Origin: an uncultured Planctomycetaceae bacterium
Lineage (GTDB): Bacteria; Planctomycetota; Planctomycetia; Planctomycetales; Planctomycetaceae
DNA: 64,000 bases
NCBI GenBank assembly: GCA_963813715.1
Contig: CAWFAK010000005.1
Location: forward strand, 704,001 to 768,000
Direction of reading: 5' to 3'
In this document: piece by piece, positions 1 through 10,124 of the stretch
How the letters are laid out: each line of letters begins with the position of its first letter
Numbering within the stretch: the stretch's first letter is position 1
The notes under the pieces: generated by a model
What the model saw: the letters and a program-made list of their open reading frames with translations, nothing else
The model's database searches: none
What the model was told of the DNA's origin: nothing
Program-made: the position numbers and the translations under genes

Positions 1-1
1 C

Positions 2-247
2 AAGCCGGCGGTTGGCACTCCGCTACCAAGCGGCGGAACGGCGGAAGAGTCGCCGGAGAGCTTTGAATATCGTGGCGTCAGCGTGCGCCGCATTCGTCGC
101 GGCGCGTTCTCCGGCGACCAAAAGTCCAGCAATCGCTATGCGTGGAGGGCGCGGGTTGAGGCCCACGACAATGCCCGCTCCGTATCGGCCGAGAGCGTCC
201 CGGAGATCAAGGAAAAGATCGACGCGATCCTGGACGTCGGCAATTGA
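2..247 (+). CDS. 3' end of hypothetical protein (runs off the window start)
   Basis: Frame from base 2 is open and reads ...ESFEYRGVSVRRIRRGAFSGDQKSSNRYAWRARVEAHDNARSVSAESVPEIKEKIDAILDVGN*, with TGA at 245-247. Not in the ORF track because it has no start codon. Confidence 0.55.
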   Translation, partial: KPAVGTPLPSGGTAEESPESFEYRGVSVRRIRRGAFSGDQKSSNRYAWRARVEAHDNARSVSAESVPEIKEKIDAILDVGN

Positions 248-353
248 AGCGAGGCGCCCGACGGATCGGCGTCGGCCGCCTCGGAAACCGCCTGCTTTGC
301 CCAGCACATAACTTCCGTCGATGTTGCGGCGGTCGTGCGGGCCGGTGCCGCGA

Positions 354-659
354 TCAGCCTTCCGAGGCGATCTTATTCACCGCGCCTTCGATGGCTTTGC
401 AATACTCGGAGAGCTCCTCGAAGACCCTGTCGGTGAACGTTTCCGTCTCGAGGATGCGGGCGGTCTGGGTGCGGAGGGTCACGTCTTCCAGCGCCCGGAC
501 GTCGGGCGGTTCGCCGTTGATCGGACGCACCAGCCGCGTCAGCTCCAGGCACTTGGGAATGAAGGACTGATCGAGGTGCTCGCCGAGTTCGCGACTGTGG
601 CGCTCGGCTTCGACGAGCATTTCGCGAAGCGTCTGGCTTTGAATCGAACGCTCGACCAT
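354..659 (-). CDS. hypothetical protein, predicted helical
   Basis: ORF 354..710 has protein-like composition (MVERSIQSQTLREMLVEAERHSRELGEHLDQSFIPKCLEL...). ATG at 659 chosen; 710 is the alternative start. Confidence 0.6.
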   Translation of the reverse strand: MVERSIQSQTLREMLVEAERHSRELGEHLDQSFIPKCLELTRLVRPINGEPPDVRALEDVTLRTQTARILETETFTDRVFEELSEYCKAIEGAVNKIASEG

Positions 660-749
660 GGAATGTTCTCGCCTGCGCGGCTCGCTTGCCCCGTGTGAGT
701 GTTTGTTCATTACAGCCGACCGAGCGCGATGCAGTCAAGCTGCTGAACA

Positions 750-838
750 GTCCAAGGCCCGAAGTCCAGGGTCGAAATTCAAATGAACCGCGAGAACGTC
801 GCCTCTCGACTTTGGACCTCAGACTTTGGACCTTGGAC
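750..838. repeat. inverted repeat built from degenerate 7-mers
   Basis: GTCCAAGGCCCGAAGTCCAGGGTCGAAA (750-777) is an imperfect reverse complement of TCTCGACTTTGGACCTCAGACTTTGGACCTTGGAC (804-838). Confidence 0.6.
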
Positions 839-872
839 CAGGCACATCCCCAAACGGCAAATCCTGCCGATG

Positions 873-888
873 TGGCACGAGCCGTGCA
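873..888 (+). promoter_or_regulatory. candidate sigma54 (-24/-12) promoter
   Basis: TGGCACGAGCCGTGCA versus consensus TGGCACG-N4-TTGCW: one mismatch, correct GG-GC spacing, intergenic position. Confidence 0.35.
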
Positions 889-1271
889 TAAATGCGATCC
901 GCTCCTCGGATGATCGGATTGGGCCAGCATGGCGAGGGGCAGTCGAGGACGCGGAGCGTCTTTGACAGTAACAGCTTGCGGCAGACGGCTGCCGAGAGAG
1001 ACCGCAGGGAGCGCGGGCTTTCGGTTGTTACAAAAGCGCCACGCGCTTGAAAGATTTACAAGGCAGGCAGGGAGGCCTGAATCGTGTTGCGTCGGAATCC
1101 TGGGATCGGGATCAACCGAGCGCCTTTCTCTGGCGGACATTCTTCGTCCGGTTTCTTCGCGCACACGTCACGTCTCCCCGCGGGCTCTGCCCCCGTCCTG
1201 ACCCTTCAATCGGCCCTCCTTCCTGGGCGATTCCGCATTTGCTGCGTCTCGCAGCGTTCTGGAGCCCCGTC

Positions 1272-3005
1272 ATGAATGCGTCCCTGCTTATCCTCAGCCT
1301 GGCCACCGCGGCCGCCGCTCCCAACGACGTGTTGTACGACTTCTACAGCACTCACTGCGGCCCCTGCCAGATGATGATGCCGATCGTCGAGGGGTTGCAG
1401 TCGCAGGGATATCCGGTCGTGAAGATCAATATCGACGAGCGGCCCGACCTGATGCAGCGGTTCGGCGTTCGATCGTCGTGCCCACCTTCGTGCTGATCGT
1501 CGGCGGCCAAGAATGGCAGCGCGTTACGGGCATGCAGGAGGAGTCGACGCTGCGAGCCATGCTCGCCCAGATCCCGCGAGCACCCCGCGAGAGCCATCCG
1601 GCCCGTCGCTCGGTGCCGGTGCACCTGGCCGACGACGAGAACAAAAAGTTCGATTTCCATCTGCCGCTGCCGCCGTTCGCTTCCAAGAAGTCCAACTCGA
1701 ATTCGGGCATGGTGCAGATCGACGCTCCGAACTCCGGCCCGGCGCGCCGGCCAATTCCGGCACCCTGCTGGCCGACGGTGGCGACTCGACCGGCGCGGGA
1801 GCCCGGCCCTCGACCCGACTTCCGTCCGATGCACCGCTGAGCACCAGCGACGCCGACGGCTCGGTCGCGCGGGCGCCGCTCCCCATGGCGCGGGTGAGCC
1901 CGAAGCCCTTCCCGACCCCACCGTGCAACCGATGCTGGCTTCGAGCGCTCGGATCCGCGTCACCGACGAAGGGGGCATCTACTTCGGCTCGGGCGTCGTC
2001 ATCGACGGCACGCCGGGCAAGAGCATCGTGCTCACCTGCGGCCACATTCTCCGCGACGTCAAACCCGAGAGCCGGATCGAGGTCGATCTCTTCGAAGGCA
2101 AGAACTTCCACTCGTTCGCCGGCAAGATCGTGAAGTTCGATCTCGATGCCGACGTCGGACTGGTGTCGCTGCAAACGTCGGCCGCCGTGGCGGCCTCGCC
2201 CGTGGCCGGCGCCGAGGACAAAGTCGCCCGCGGCCAGAACGTATTGAGCATCGGCTGCAGCCGCGGCGAGCTGCCGATCCTCGAGCGGCTGCGAGTCACC
2301 ATGCTCAACCGCTACGAAGGCCCCGACACGATCGAGTGCACCGGGGTGCCGGTGAAGGGACGCTCGGGCGGCGGACTGTTCACGACGAATGGTCATGTCG
2401 TCGGCGTCTGTACCAACGCCGATCCGCAGGAAGGCCGCGGCGTGTACGCGGGACTGAAGCCGATCCATCAGCTGCTCCGCAATGCCGGTCTGGAAGAGCT
2501 GATTCCGCGTGGATCGCGACGCGACCGGCGCCGCATCGTCGACGTCGCGGCGGCCACCGCCCCGCCCTCCACGGCGCCCGCCGAAGATCCGTCGACCAAG
2601 GCTGAGCTGGAATTGGCCCAGCTCAAGCAGCCTCACGGCAAACCGCCAGCGTCAGAAACGGTTGCCGAAGAAGCGACCACGCACAATGACGCGGCAGCGG
2701 CGGCCCTCGCCGCGGCCGGCAGCGAAGACGCGGAGGTGATCTGCATCATTCGACCCGTTCACCGCACGGGAAACAGCAAGGTGGTGATCATCAACCGCGC
2801 TAGCCGCAAATTCATGGCCTACCTCACCGGCGAAGCCAAGGACCAGCTCCAACCGACGATGGGCCAGACCGACGCTCCGCCCGCCGCGCCGGCTTCGGCG
2901 GTGACGGAATCAACGAACGCCCCGTCATCGATCAACACGGCCAGCACGCAAACGACCTCCGCCTGGAAGCCGACCTCGGCCTCCGCCCGCTTACAGGCGC
3001 GCTGA
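1272..3005 (+). CDS. secreted thioredoxin-like domain + trypsin-like serine protease (joined across apparent indel errors at about 1470-1925)
   Basis: Signal peptide MNASLLILSLATAAAA. Thioredoxin motif YDFYSTHCGPCQMM continues as PTFVLIVGGQEWQRVTG in another frame. Protease triad motifs LTCGH, DADVGL and GRSGGGL lie in ORF 1923..3005. Confidence 0.75.
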
Positions 3006-3338
3006 TCGCCCGCAACGACCGGCGGCCGACCAAGATCGGGTGGCTCGCGGGTTCGGCTTCTCGCCAGCCGCCAGTCCCGCTGTCGAGCGAAGCCCGGCGA
3101 AGAAAGCCGGCTTGGGAAAGGTGTGCGAGATCAGCTGCCTTCGTTTTGCAGTCCGCGTCGTCGTTATCGTGCGCTGCCCTGGTCGTCTCGCCCTGTTGGG
3201 GCTTTGCTCGCACACCCGGCGGCGTTGGATTCCCGGGCCTCTCGCCGACGCTCTCAACGACACGGGCTATCGAATCTCGCCAACACTTCAGGGCTCACAG
3301 CCGACGGTACAGCCCGCCCTACAGTCGGGCTAGCGACG

Positions 3339-3617
3339 CTATTGGGCAAACAGCTCCAGGTATCCGCAGGCTTCGCAACGAAATCCGTTGATGACAAGGC
3401 CGCCACCGTAGAGCTCGATGCCTTGATCGGGTTCGGGCCGATTCGTTCCCGAATCAAGGGCCGGGTCGGGACTGCCGAAGTGCCATCGCAGGAGCGTGAC
3501 TTGGTCCTCGCCCCTGAGTTCCGGAATGAATCCGAAATACATCGTGCCCCGGCACTTCGGGCACAGTCTCGGCGGCCGCCCTGCTGATTCGTTCGGTTTG
3601 TCGGTTTCGTCGCTCAT
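3339..3617 (-). CDS. small zinc-ribbon protein (two CxxC motifs; DUF6487-like)
   Basis: CPKCRGTMYFGFI ... GFRCEACGYLELFA: paired CxxC motifs near the two termini. Confidence 0.7.
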   Translation of the reverse strand: MSDETDKPNESAGRPPRLCPKCRGTMYFGFIPELRGEDQVTLLRWHFGSPDPALDSGTNRPEPDQGIELYGGGLVINGFRCEACGYLELFAQ

Positions 3618-3847
3618 CCTCGCATTCTATCGTCAACGAACGTGCGCTACCGGACGCTGCCGATCCCAAGATGAGGCGGGCGCGAGTGATGCCGATCGGA
3701 AGGCCCGCTGCTGCTAAATCTCTGCGCCGCCCTATGCGGCTACAAAATCCCGGCACCGCCCTATATAGAAGAGAGTGTCGTGTCGGCCGTCTCAGCTCTT
3801 CAATCCACAGCTTTGAGAGCCCGCCTCGATCGACTGGAATTCTGAAG

Positions 3848-6800
3848 ATGCTGCAACCGAAAACGGCCCGATTGCTTCTGTCGCTGATGTTGGGGCTGAC
3901 GACATTTGCCGGCGGGAAGTGCGTTCGCAACGTCCGCGCCGACGACGAATCGGTTCTGTTTACACCCCCCGGCTTTCACAAACCGGGGCAGGCGGTCGTC
4001 AAAGCTCCAGTGAACTCCGGCCGGCTGAAGGTCACGGTGCGCGACGCGCGGACGGGCGCGGCAGCTTTTTGTCGTGTGAATGTCGTTGGCTCCGATGGCA
4101 ACTTCTACTACCCCAAGCAGAACTATCTCACGCCGTACGCGCTGACCGGTCGCTGGCCAAAGACGGGGATGGGCAACCGCGAGGGGAAGGCGCCGATCCG
4201 CTACCTGGGTCGGTTCTTTTATTCGTGGGGCGACTTCGAGATCGAGCTCCCGCCGGGAACCGCGCGGGTCGAAGTCTGGAAGGGACTCGAGTATCGGCCG
4301 GAAGTCGCCAACACGACGATCGCCACTGGGCAGGACAAGTCGCTTGAAATCAAGCTGACGAACGAGACGGGCCTGGCGCTCGACGGCTACGCTCCCGGCG
4401 ATTCGCACCTGCACTTCCGCCGCCAAACCGACGCCGACGATCAGGCGATTCTCGACCTGATGGAGGCGGAGGACATCCGCTACGGCAGCATCCTGGCGTA
4501 CAACGAACCGGCCGGGCCTTACGCGGGAATTATGGAGACGCTGGCCGCGCCGCAGTTTCGCGGATTGGGAGCCGCGTCCGAACGGTCGCGCGGCGATTTT
4601 CACATCGTTTCCGGCCAGGAGTATCGCAGCACTTACGGCCATCTCAATCTGTACTTCCGCAAGGATCTGGTGCTGGGCAACAAGCGGGTGAACGCCAACG
4701 ACGGCCCGCTCTACGGCCTGTTGGCCCGCGAGACCCGTGAACACGGCGGCTTCGCGTTTTACTGCCACGGCGGCTACGCCCAGACGATGCCCTACGCGAC
4801 GATTTATGCCGACGCCGTGCAGGGGAACGTCGACGGGGTCGAGCTGTTGCAGTTCGGCATCTATCGCGAGCTGGGTTTGGAGGATTGGTATCGTCTGCTG
4901 AATATCGGCTACCGCTTCCCCTGCCTGGGTGCGAGCGACTATCCGGCGTGCCGCTTTCTCGCCGATTGCCGCACGTACGTGCGGATGCCCGGCGCGAAGA
5001 ACAGCAAGGCCTGGTTCGACGGCGCGGCGGCCGGACGGAGCTTCGTCACCACGGGGCCGCTGCTCCTGCTGGAAGTCGACGGCAAACCGCCGGGCGAGCG
5101 GATCGATATCGCCGGGCTCCGGTCCGCACACGGTGAAGGCCCGGATCCGCGTTCGCAGCGAGGTGGCTCCCGTCAGCGACGTGAACTTGATCGTGAACGG
5201 CAAGGTCGTGTCGACTTGGAAAGTCCCCGCCGATCGGGCCGAGGGGCAATGGCTCGAATTCGAGCACAAGCTCGAGTTGCGCGAACCGGCGTGGATCGCG
5301 GCCCGCGCGTTCGGCACAGCGCCCGCCGGCAGTCCGAACGCCGAGGCGCACACGAACCCGGTCTACGTCTCGCTCGACGGCCGGCTGCCCTACGATCGGG
5401 CTTCGCTCGACGCGCTCGTCAAAAAACTCGATACCGAGCTGCGGGCGCAGAAGCGGCGGCGATTCGACGAGAAGACGGCGCTCGTCGATTACTTCGAGCG
5501 CTCGCGGGACATCTTGCTCAAGATTCGCGAAGACGGCGGGCTGCGCAGCGATCAGGACGTGCACAAAATCGCCGCCGAAGAGTTGCCCGAGTTGAAAGAC
5601 CCGGCGCGCGGACGCACACCGACGCCGAGCTGAAGGCCTACCTCCGGCCCGTTCCGCCGAAGACGCCGGCGCAGGCGCTCAAAACGTTCGAGACGATCCC
5701 CGGCTTCCACATGGAGCTGATCGCCTCGGAGCCGAACGTCCGCAGCCCCATCTCGGGGGCCATCGACGAGCACGGCAATCTCTACATCACCGAGATGATC
5801 GACTACCCGTATTACCCCAAGCCGGGCGACAAGCCGCTGGGCTGCGTGCGGCTGTTGCGGGACACCGACGGCGACGGCGTCTACGACACGGCCACCGTGT
5901 TCGCCGAGCACTTGCTCTGGGCCGGCGGCGTCGCCTGTTGGAAGGGGGGCGTGTTCGTCGCCGCTCCGCCCGACATCTGGTACTTCAAGGACACCGACGG
6001 CGACGGCGTGGCCGACATCAAGCGGAAGGTGTTCACCGGCTTCGGCACGCAGAGCCAGCAATACATGGTGAACAACCTCAAGTGGGGCCTCGACCACAAG
6101 ATCTACGGCTCGACCGCGGGCAACGGCGGCACGATCCGCCACGGCGACCGGCCCAACGAGAAGCCGATCTCGGTCAATCGACACGATTTTCGCTTCGATC
6201 CGGTCACCGAAGAGTTCGAGCCGATCGTCGGCACGGTGCAGTTCGGCAATTCGTTCGACGATTGGGGCAATCGCTTCCTCTGCGACGAATCCGAACCCAT
6301 CCTGCAAGCGGTGCTCGACACTCGCTATCTCGAACGCAATCCGTATCTGCCCGCCACGTCGGGCGTCTACAACGTGGGCGGCGGCAGCGTGCCCATCTTT
6401 CGCATCAGCCCGATCGAACGCTGGCGACACATCCGCTCCAGCCGCCGGATCTCGCTCTCGACGCGCAATCCGCTCAACGCGGGCGTCAGCCATCACGTGA
6501 TCGACGCGGGGGCCGGCGTCACCATTTATCGCGGCAACGCCTATCCGCCGAGTTTTTACGGCAACGCGATCGTCGGCGACGCGCAGAACAACCTGGTCCA
6601 TCGCATGCTGCTGTCGCCCGACGGCGTGACGTTCAACGAACGCCGGGCCGACGCGGGGACTGAATTCGTCCGTTCTTCGGACAACTGGTTCCGGCCGGTG
6701 AATTTCATCAACGCGCCGGACGGCACGCTCTATTGCCTCGACATGAGCCGCGAGATTCTGGAGTCGATTCATATTCCGTTCGACGTGCTGAAGTTCATCG

Positions 6801-8619
6801 ACCTCAAGGCCGGGCGCGATTCGGGGCGCGTGTATCGCATTGCTCCGGACGGCTTTCGTTATCCGGGACCTCCGCAACTGGCTGCGAAGAGCACGGCCGA
6901 ACTGGTGGCGCTGCTCGGCGATGCGAACGGCTGGCACCGCGACACGGCCCAGCGGCTGCTCTTTGAACGGCAGGACAAATCGGCCGTCGCTCTGCTCAAA
7001 GCCCTGCTCCGCTCCGCCCCGACGCCGCAGTCCCGGCTCAACGCGCTCTGGACGCTCGAGGGGCTCGACGCTATCGACACTGCCGATTTGAATGCGGCGC
7101 TCGGCGATTCGCACTTTGCGCTTCGCGCGCACGGCGTGCGTCTGGCGGAATCGCGCCTCGACCGCGAGCCGGTCCTCTTCCATCGCGTGCTGGCCTTGGC
7201 CGACGACAAGGACGCCCGCGTTCGCTATCAGGTCGCCTACTCCCTCGGCGAAGTGCACGGCCCCGGGGCGGCCGAGGCTGTGAACGGACTTTCGCGTTTG
7301 CGCGCCGCGACGGTGACGATCGCTGGATCCGCACGGCGGTCCTCAGCTCGGTGGCGCACACGTCGCACCAACTGCTGATCCGGCTGCTGGAGGATCCGAA
7401 CTTTGTCAGCTCGGGCAGCGGCGAGGAAATGGCCGCTCAGTTGGCCGCGATTTCGGGCGTCCGCAATCAGTCCGAGGAAATCACCCGTCTGCTCGATGCG
7501 GTGGCGGCGCTCGACGCCGGCAACAATGGCCCAGCGAAGAATTATCGTGGCAAAATTGGCGGGCTGCAGGCCGAGATCGTGCTCGGCATCGCCAAGGGAC
7601 TCAAACAGGTCGATGGCCGCCTGCCGTTTCATCCTGCGTCATCGCGAGCGGGCGAGCGGATGCTGGTGCGGTTGGCGGAGGCGGCCAAACAGACTGCGGC
7701 CGACGTCCACCGCTCCGAGCAGGAGCGTGCCGAGGCGATCCACCTGCTCGGCTGTTTCGACCGCGATGTGGCGGATGCGACTTTGCGCGAACAGCTCTCG
7801 CCCGCTAATCCCGAGGGGGTGCAGTCGTCGGCCGTCGACGCGCTGTCGCAGTACGGCAATCCCGAGATCGCCCAGGAACTCTTGGAGCGGTGGAAGGAAT
7901 ACACGCCGGGGGTGCGCACCGAGGTCGTGCGGGCCCTGCTTTCGCGCGAGCCGTGGACGATCGCCTATTTGCGTCGGCTGCAGGCGGAGCCATCGAGCAC
8001 GGCATTACTGTTGCCGTTGCAGCGGACGCGGCTGCTGGAGCATAAGAGCCCGGCGATTCGCGAGCTGGCCAAGACGCTGTTCGGTTCGCAGGCGGCCAGT
8101 CCGCGTTCGGCCGTCATCGCCGACTACAAATCGTGCCTCCGTCTGAAAGGGGAGGCGGGGGCGGGCGAAAAAGTGTTCGTGCGAGAGTGCTCGCTCTGCC
8201 ACCAGATCGGCCGCGTCGGTCATGCGATCGGCCCGAGCCTCGCGGCCTCGTCGAATGCCCGCGAGCCGGAGGCCCTGTTGACGCACATCCTCGACCCGAA
8301 TTTCTATATCCCGCCGCAGTATGTGCAGTATGTGGCCGTCGACCGCAACGGCCGCACGTACACAGGCATCCTGGCGGACCAGACGTCGACGAGCATCACG
8401 CTCAAGCGGGAGAAAGAGGCGACCGACACGCTCTTGCGAGCGAATCTCGAGGAGCTGTCGAGCACCGGCAAATCACTGATGCCCGAGGGGCTCGAGAAAA
8501 AACTCTCGCAGCGCGACATGGCCGACCTGATCGCCTACCTGCAAACCGTGCAAGCCTCGGTTCCCCCCGCGCCGCAGCCCCTCGATATCGGCACGCGGCC
8601 GGGGTTGATGGAACCGTAG
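3848..8619 (+). CDS. large secreted fusion: CehA/McbA-like (PHP-type) metallohydrolase + PVC-type membrane-bound dehydrogenase beta-propeller + HEAT repeats + C-terminal CxxCH cytochrome c (joined across indels at about 5115, 5605, 7300)
   Basis: Signal-like N-terminus; GDSHLH, GQEYRSTYGHL, YCHGG, GASDYP, GRSFVTTGPL and EAHTNPVYV; then GFHMELIASEP, DTDGDG repeats, FGNSFDDWG, WFRPVN, HEAT-like repeats, ECSLCHQ and SLMPEGLE. Confidence 0.75.
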
Positions 8620-8639
8620 ACGATTGCTCGGCAACTCCA

Positions 8640-8846
8640 TCAGCAGGGCGGTCGGCTCGACCAGCGGAACGATTGGCCCCCGTCGATCGGCGAGGGCGAG
8701 TTGGCCCGCGACTGCAGGATGCGGTCGGCGGAGAGCGCGAACGTCCGGCGGGTCATCAAGGCCACCGGATAGTCGCAGTGCATCGGCTCGTAGTTTCCGG
8801 CAAGGTTTTCGGCGCGGAGCGAGCGAATCAAAGGATAGTTCGGCAC
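8640..8846 (-). CDS. possible small hypothetical protein (68 aa)
   Basis: GTG at 8846 preceded by SD-like GAAGGGGGA; no recognisable motif. Confidence 0.3.
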   Translation of the reverse strand: MPNYPLIRSLRAENLAGNYEPMHCDYPVALMTRRTFALSADRILQSRANSPSPIDGGQSFRWSSRPPC

Positions 8847-9269
8847 GGCAGGTCCCCCTTCATCTTGAGAGAGGCATCGCGCGGATCGAGCGTCCGCGGC
8901 ACGCAATCCTGCGCGATTTGGGCGAACATGCTTCAAGCGATTTGCGTCTAGGGTCTAGAAAGCCGCGAGAATGCGCGGCCGACACGGCGCACTCGTCCCA
9001 CGGCACAGTCTCCCCGCGGAAGGACCAGGCGTTCGTGGCCGCGTCCTCGTTGCGGGTAGAAGAGTCGAAGCACTCAGCGCGAGTGAAGCGTCGGCTCAGG
9101 CCGAAAGGTCGCTCCCGTTCCGCTCGGACGGGGCCGATTGGAGAAAATTTGCGAGCTTGCGGATCGGCATTTGGTCAACGACGATAAGGCAGACGCAGTT
9201 CCCCGTTCGGGATAACGACGACTTTCTGCGACAAGAGCTTTGCGACAAGAGCTTCGGCGACACGGGCAC

Positions 9270-10116
9270 ATGGCCGCGACCGACCTCAACCACGAAGAAT
9301 CGGCTCCCTCGGCCAGCGAGGCCTTTTCGCCCGCCGAAGTCGCCCAGTTCGAGCGCGACGGTTACTTCATCGCGCGGCGGATGGTGAGCGACACGCTGCT
9401 CGCCCGGATGCTCGAAGTCACCCGCGACGGTCTCGCACCGCGAGGTGCCCCCGGTCGAGTACGAGGCCGACCTGCATTACCCCGGTGCCCCTCCCTCGCT
9501 CGAAGCGGCCGGCGGCCACACGATCCGGCGCCTTAAGCAGGCGCTGTCGCGCGACTTTTGCTTCGTCGAATGGGCGGCTTCGGCCCCGCTCGTCAATCGG
9601 CTGCGGCAGCTGTTGGGGCCGAGCGTGGTGATGCCGCTGGCCCATCACAACTGCATCATGACCAAGGAGCCGCGACACTCGAGCGACACGGGCTGGCACC
9701 AGGACATCCGCTACTGGTCGTACGAGCGGCCGGAACTTGTCAGCGTGTGGCTGGCCCTGACGCCGGAGACGACCCAGAACGGCTGCCTGCGGCTGATTCC
9801 CGGGTCGCACCGCTTGCATCTCGATCGCGACCGCTTCGATCGCGAGATCTTTTTGCGTCTCGATCTGCCCGAGAATCAACAGTTGATCGAAAAAGCGGTC
9901 TGGGCGGAGCTGGAGCCGGGCGACGTGCTGTTCTTTCATGCCCGCACGTTTCACGCGGCGAGCCGCAACCACACCGACCGCGCGAAGTTCTCGGTGGTCT
10001 TCACGTTCCGCGGAGCCGACAGCCCACCGAAGCCGGGCTCGCGATCAGCTGCGTTGCCGGAATTGATCTTGCCTGCGCCGAATAGTCCCGGCGCCGAATT
10101 AGACGAGTCGAATTAG
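9270..10116 (+). CDS. phytanoyl-CoA dioxygenase (PhyH) family Fe(II)/2-oxoglutarate oxygenase (indel at about 9440)
   Basis: QFERDGYFIAR, TGWHQD (HxD), SVWLAL, NGCLRLIPGSH, PGDVLFFH and FHAASRN. Confidence 0.85.
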
Positions 10117-10124
10117 ACGTCGTC

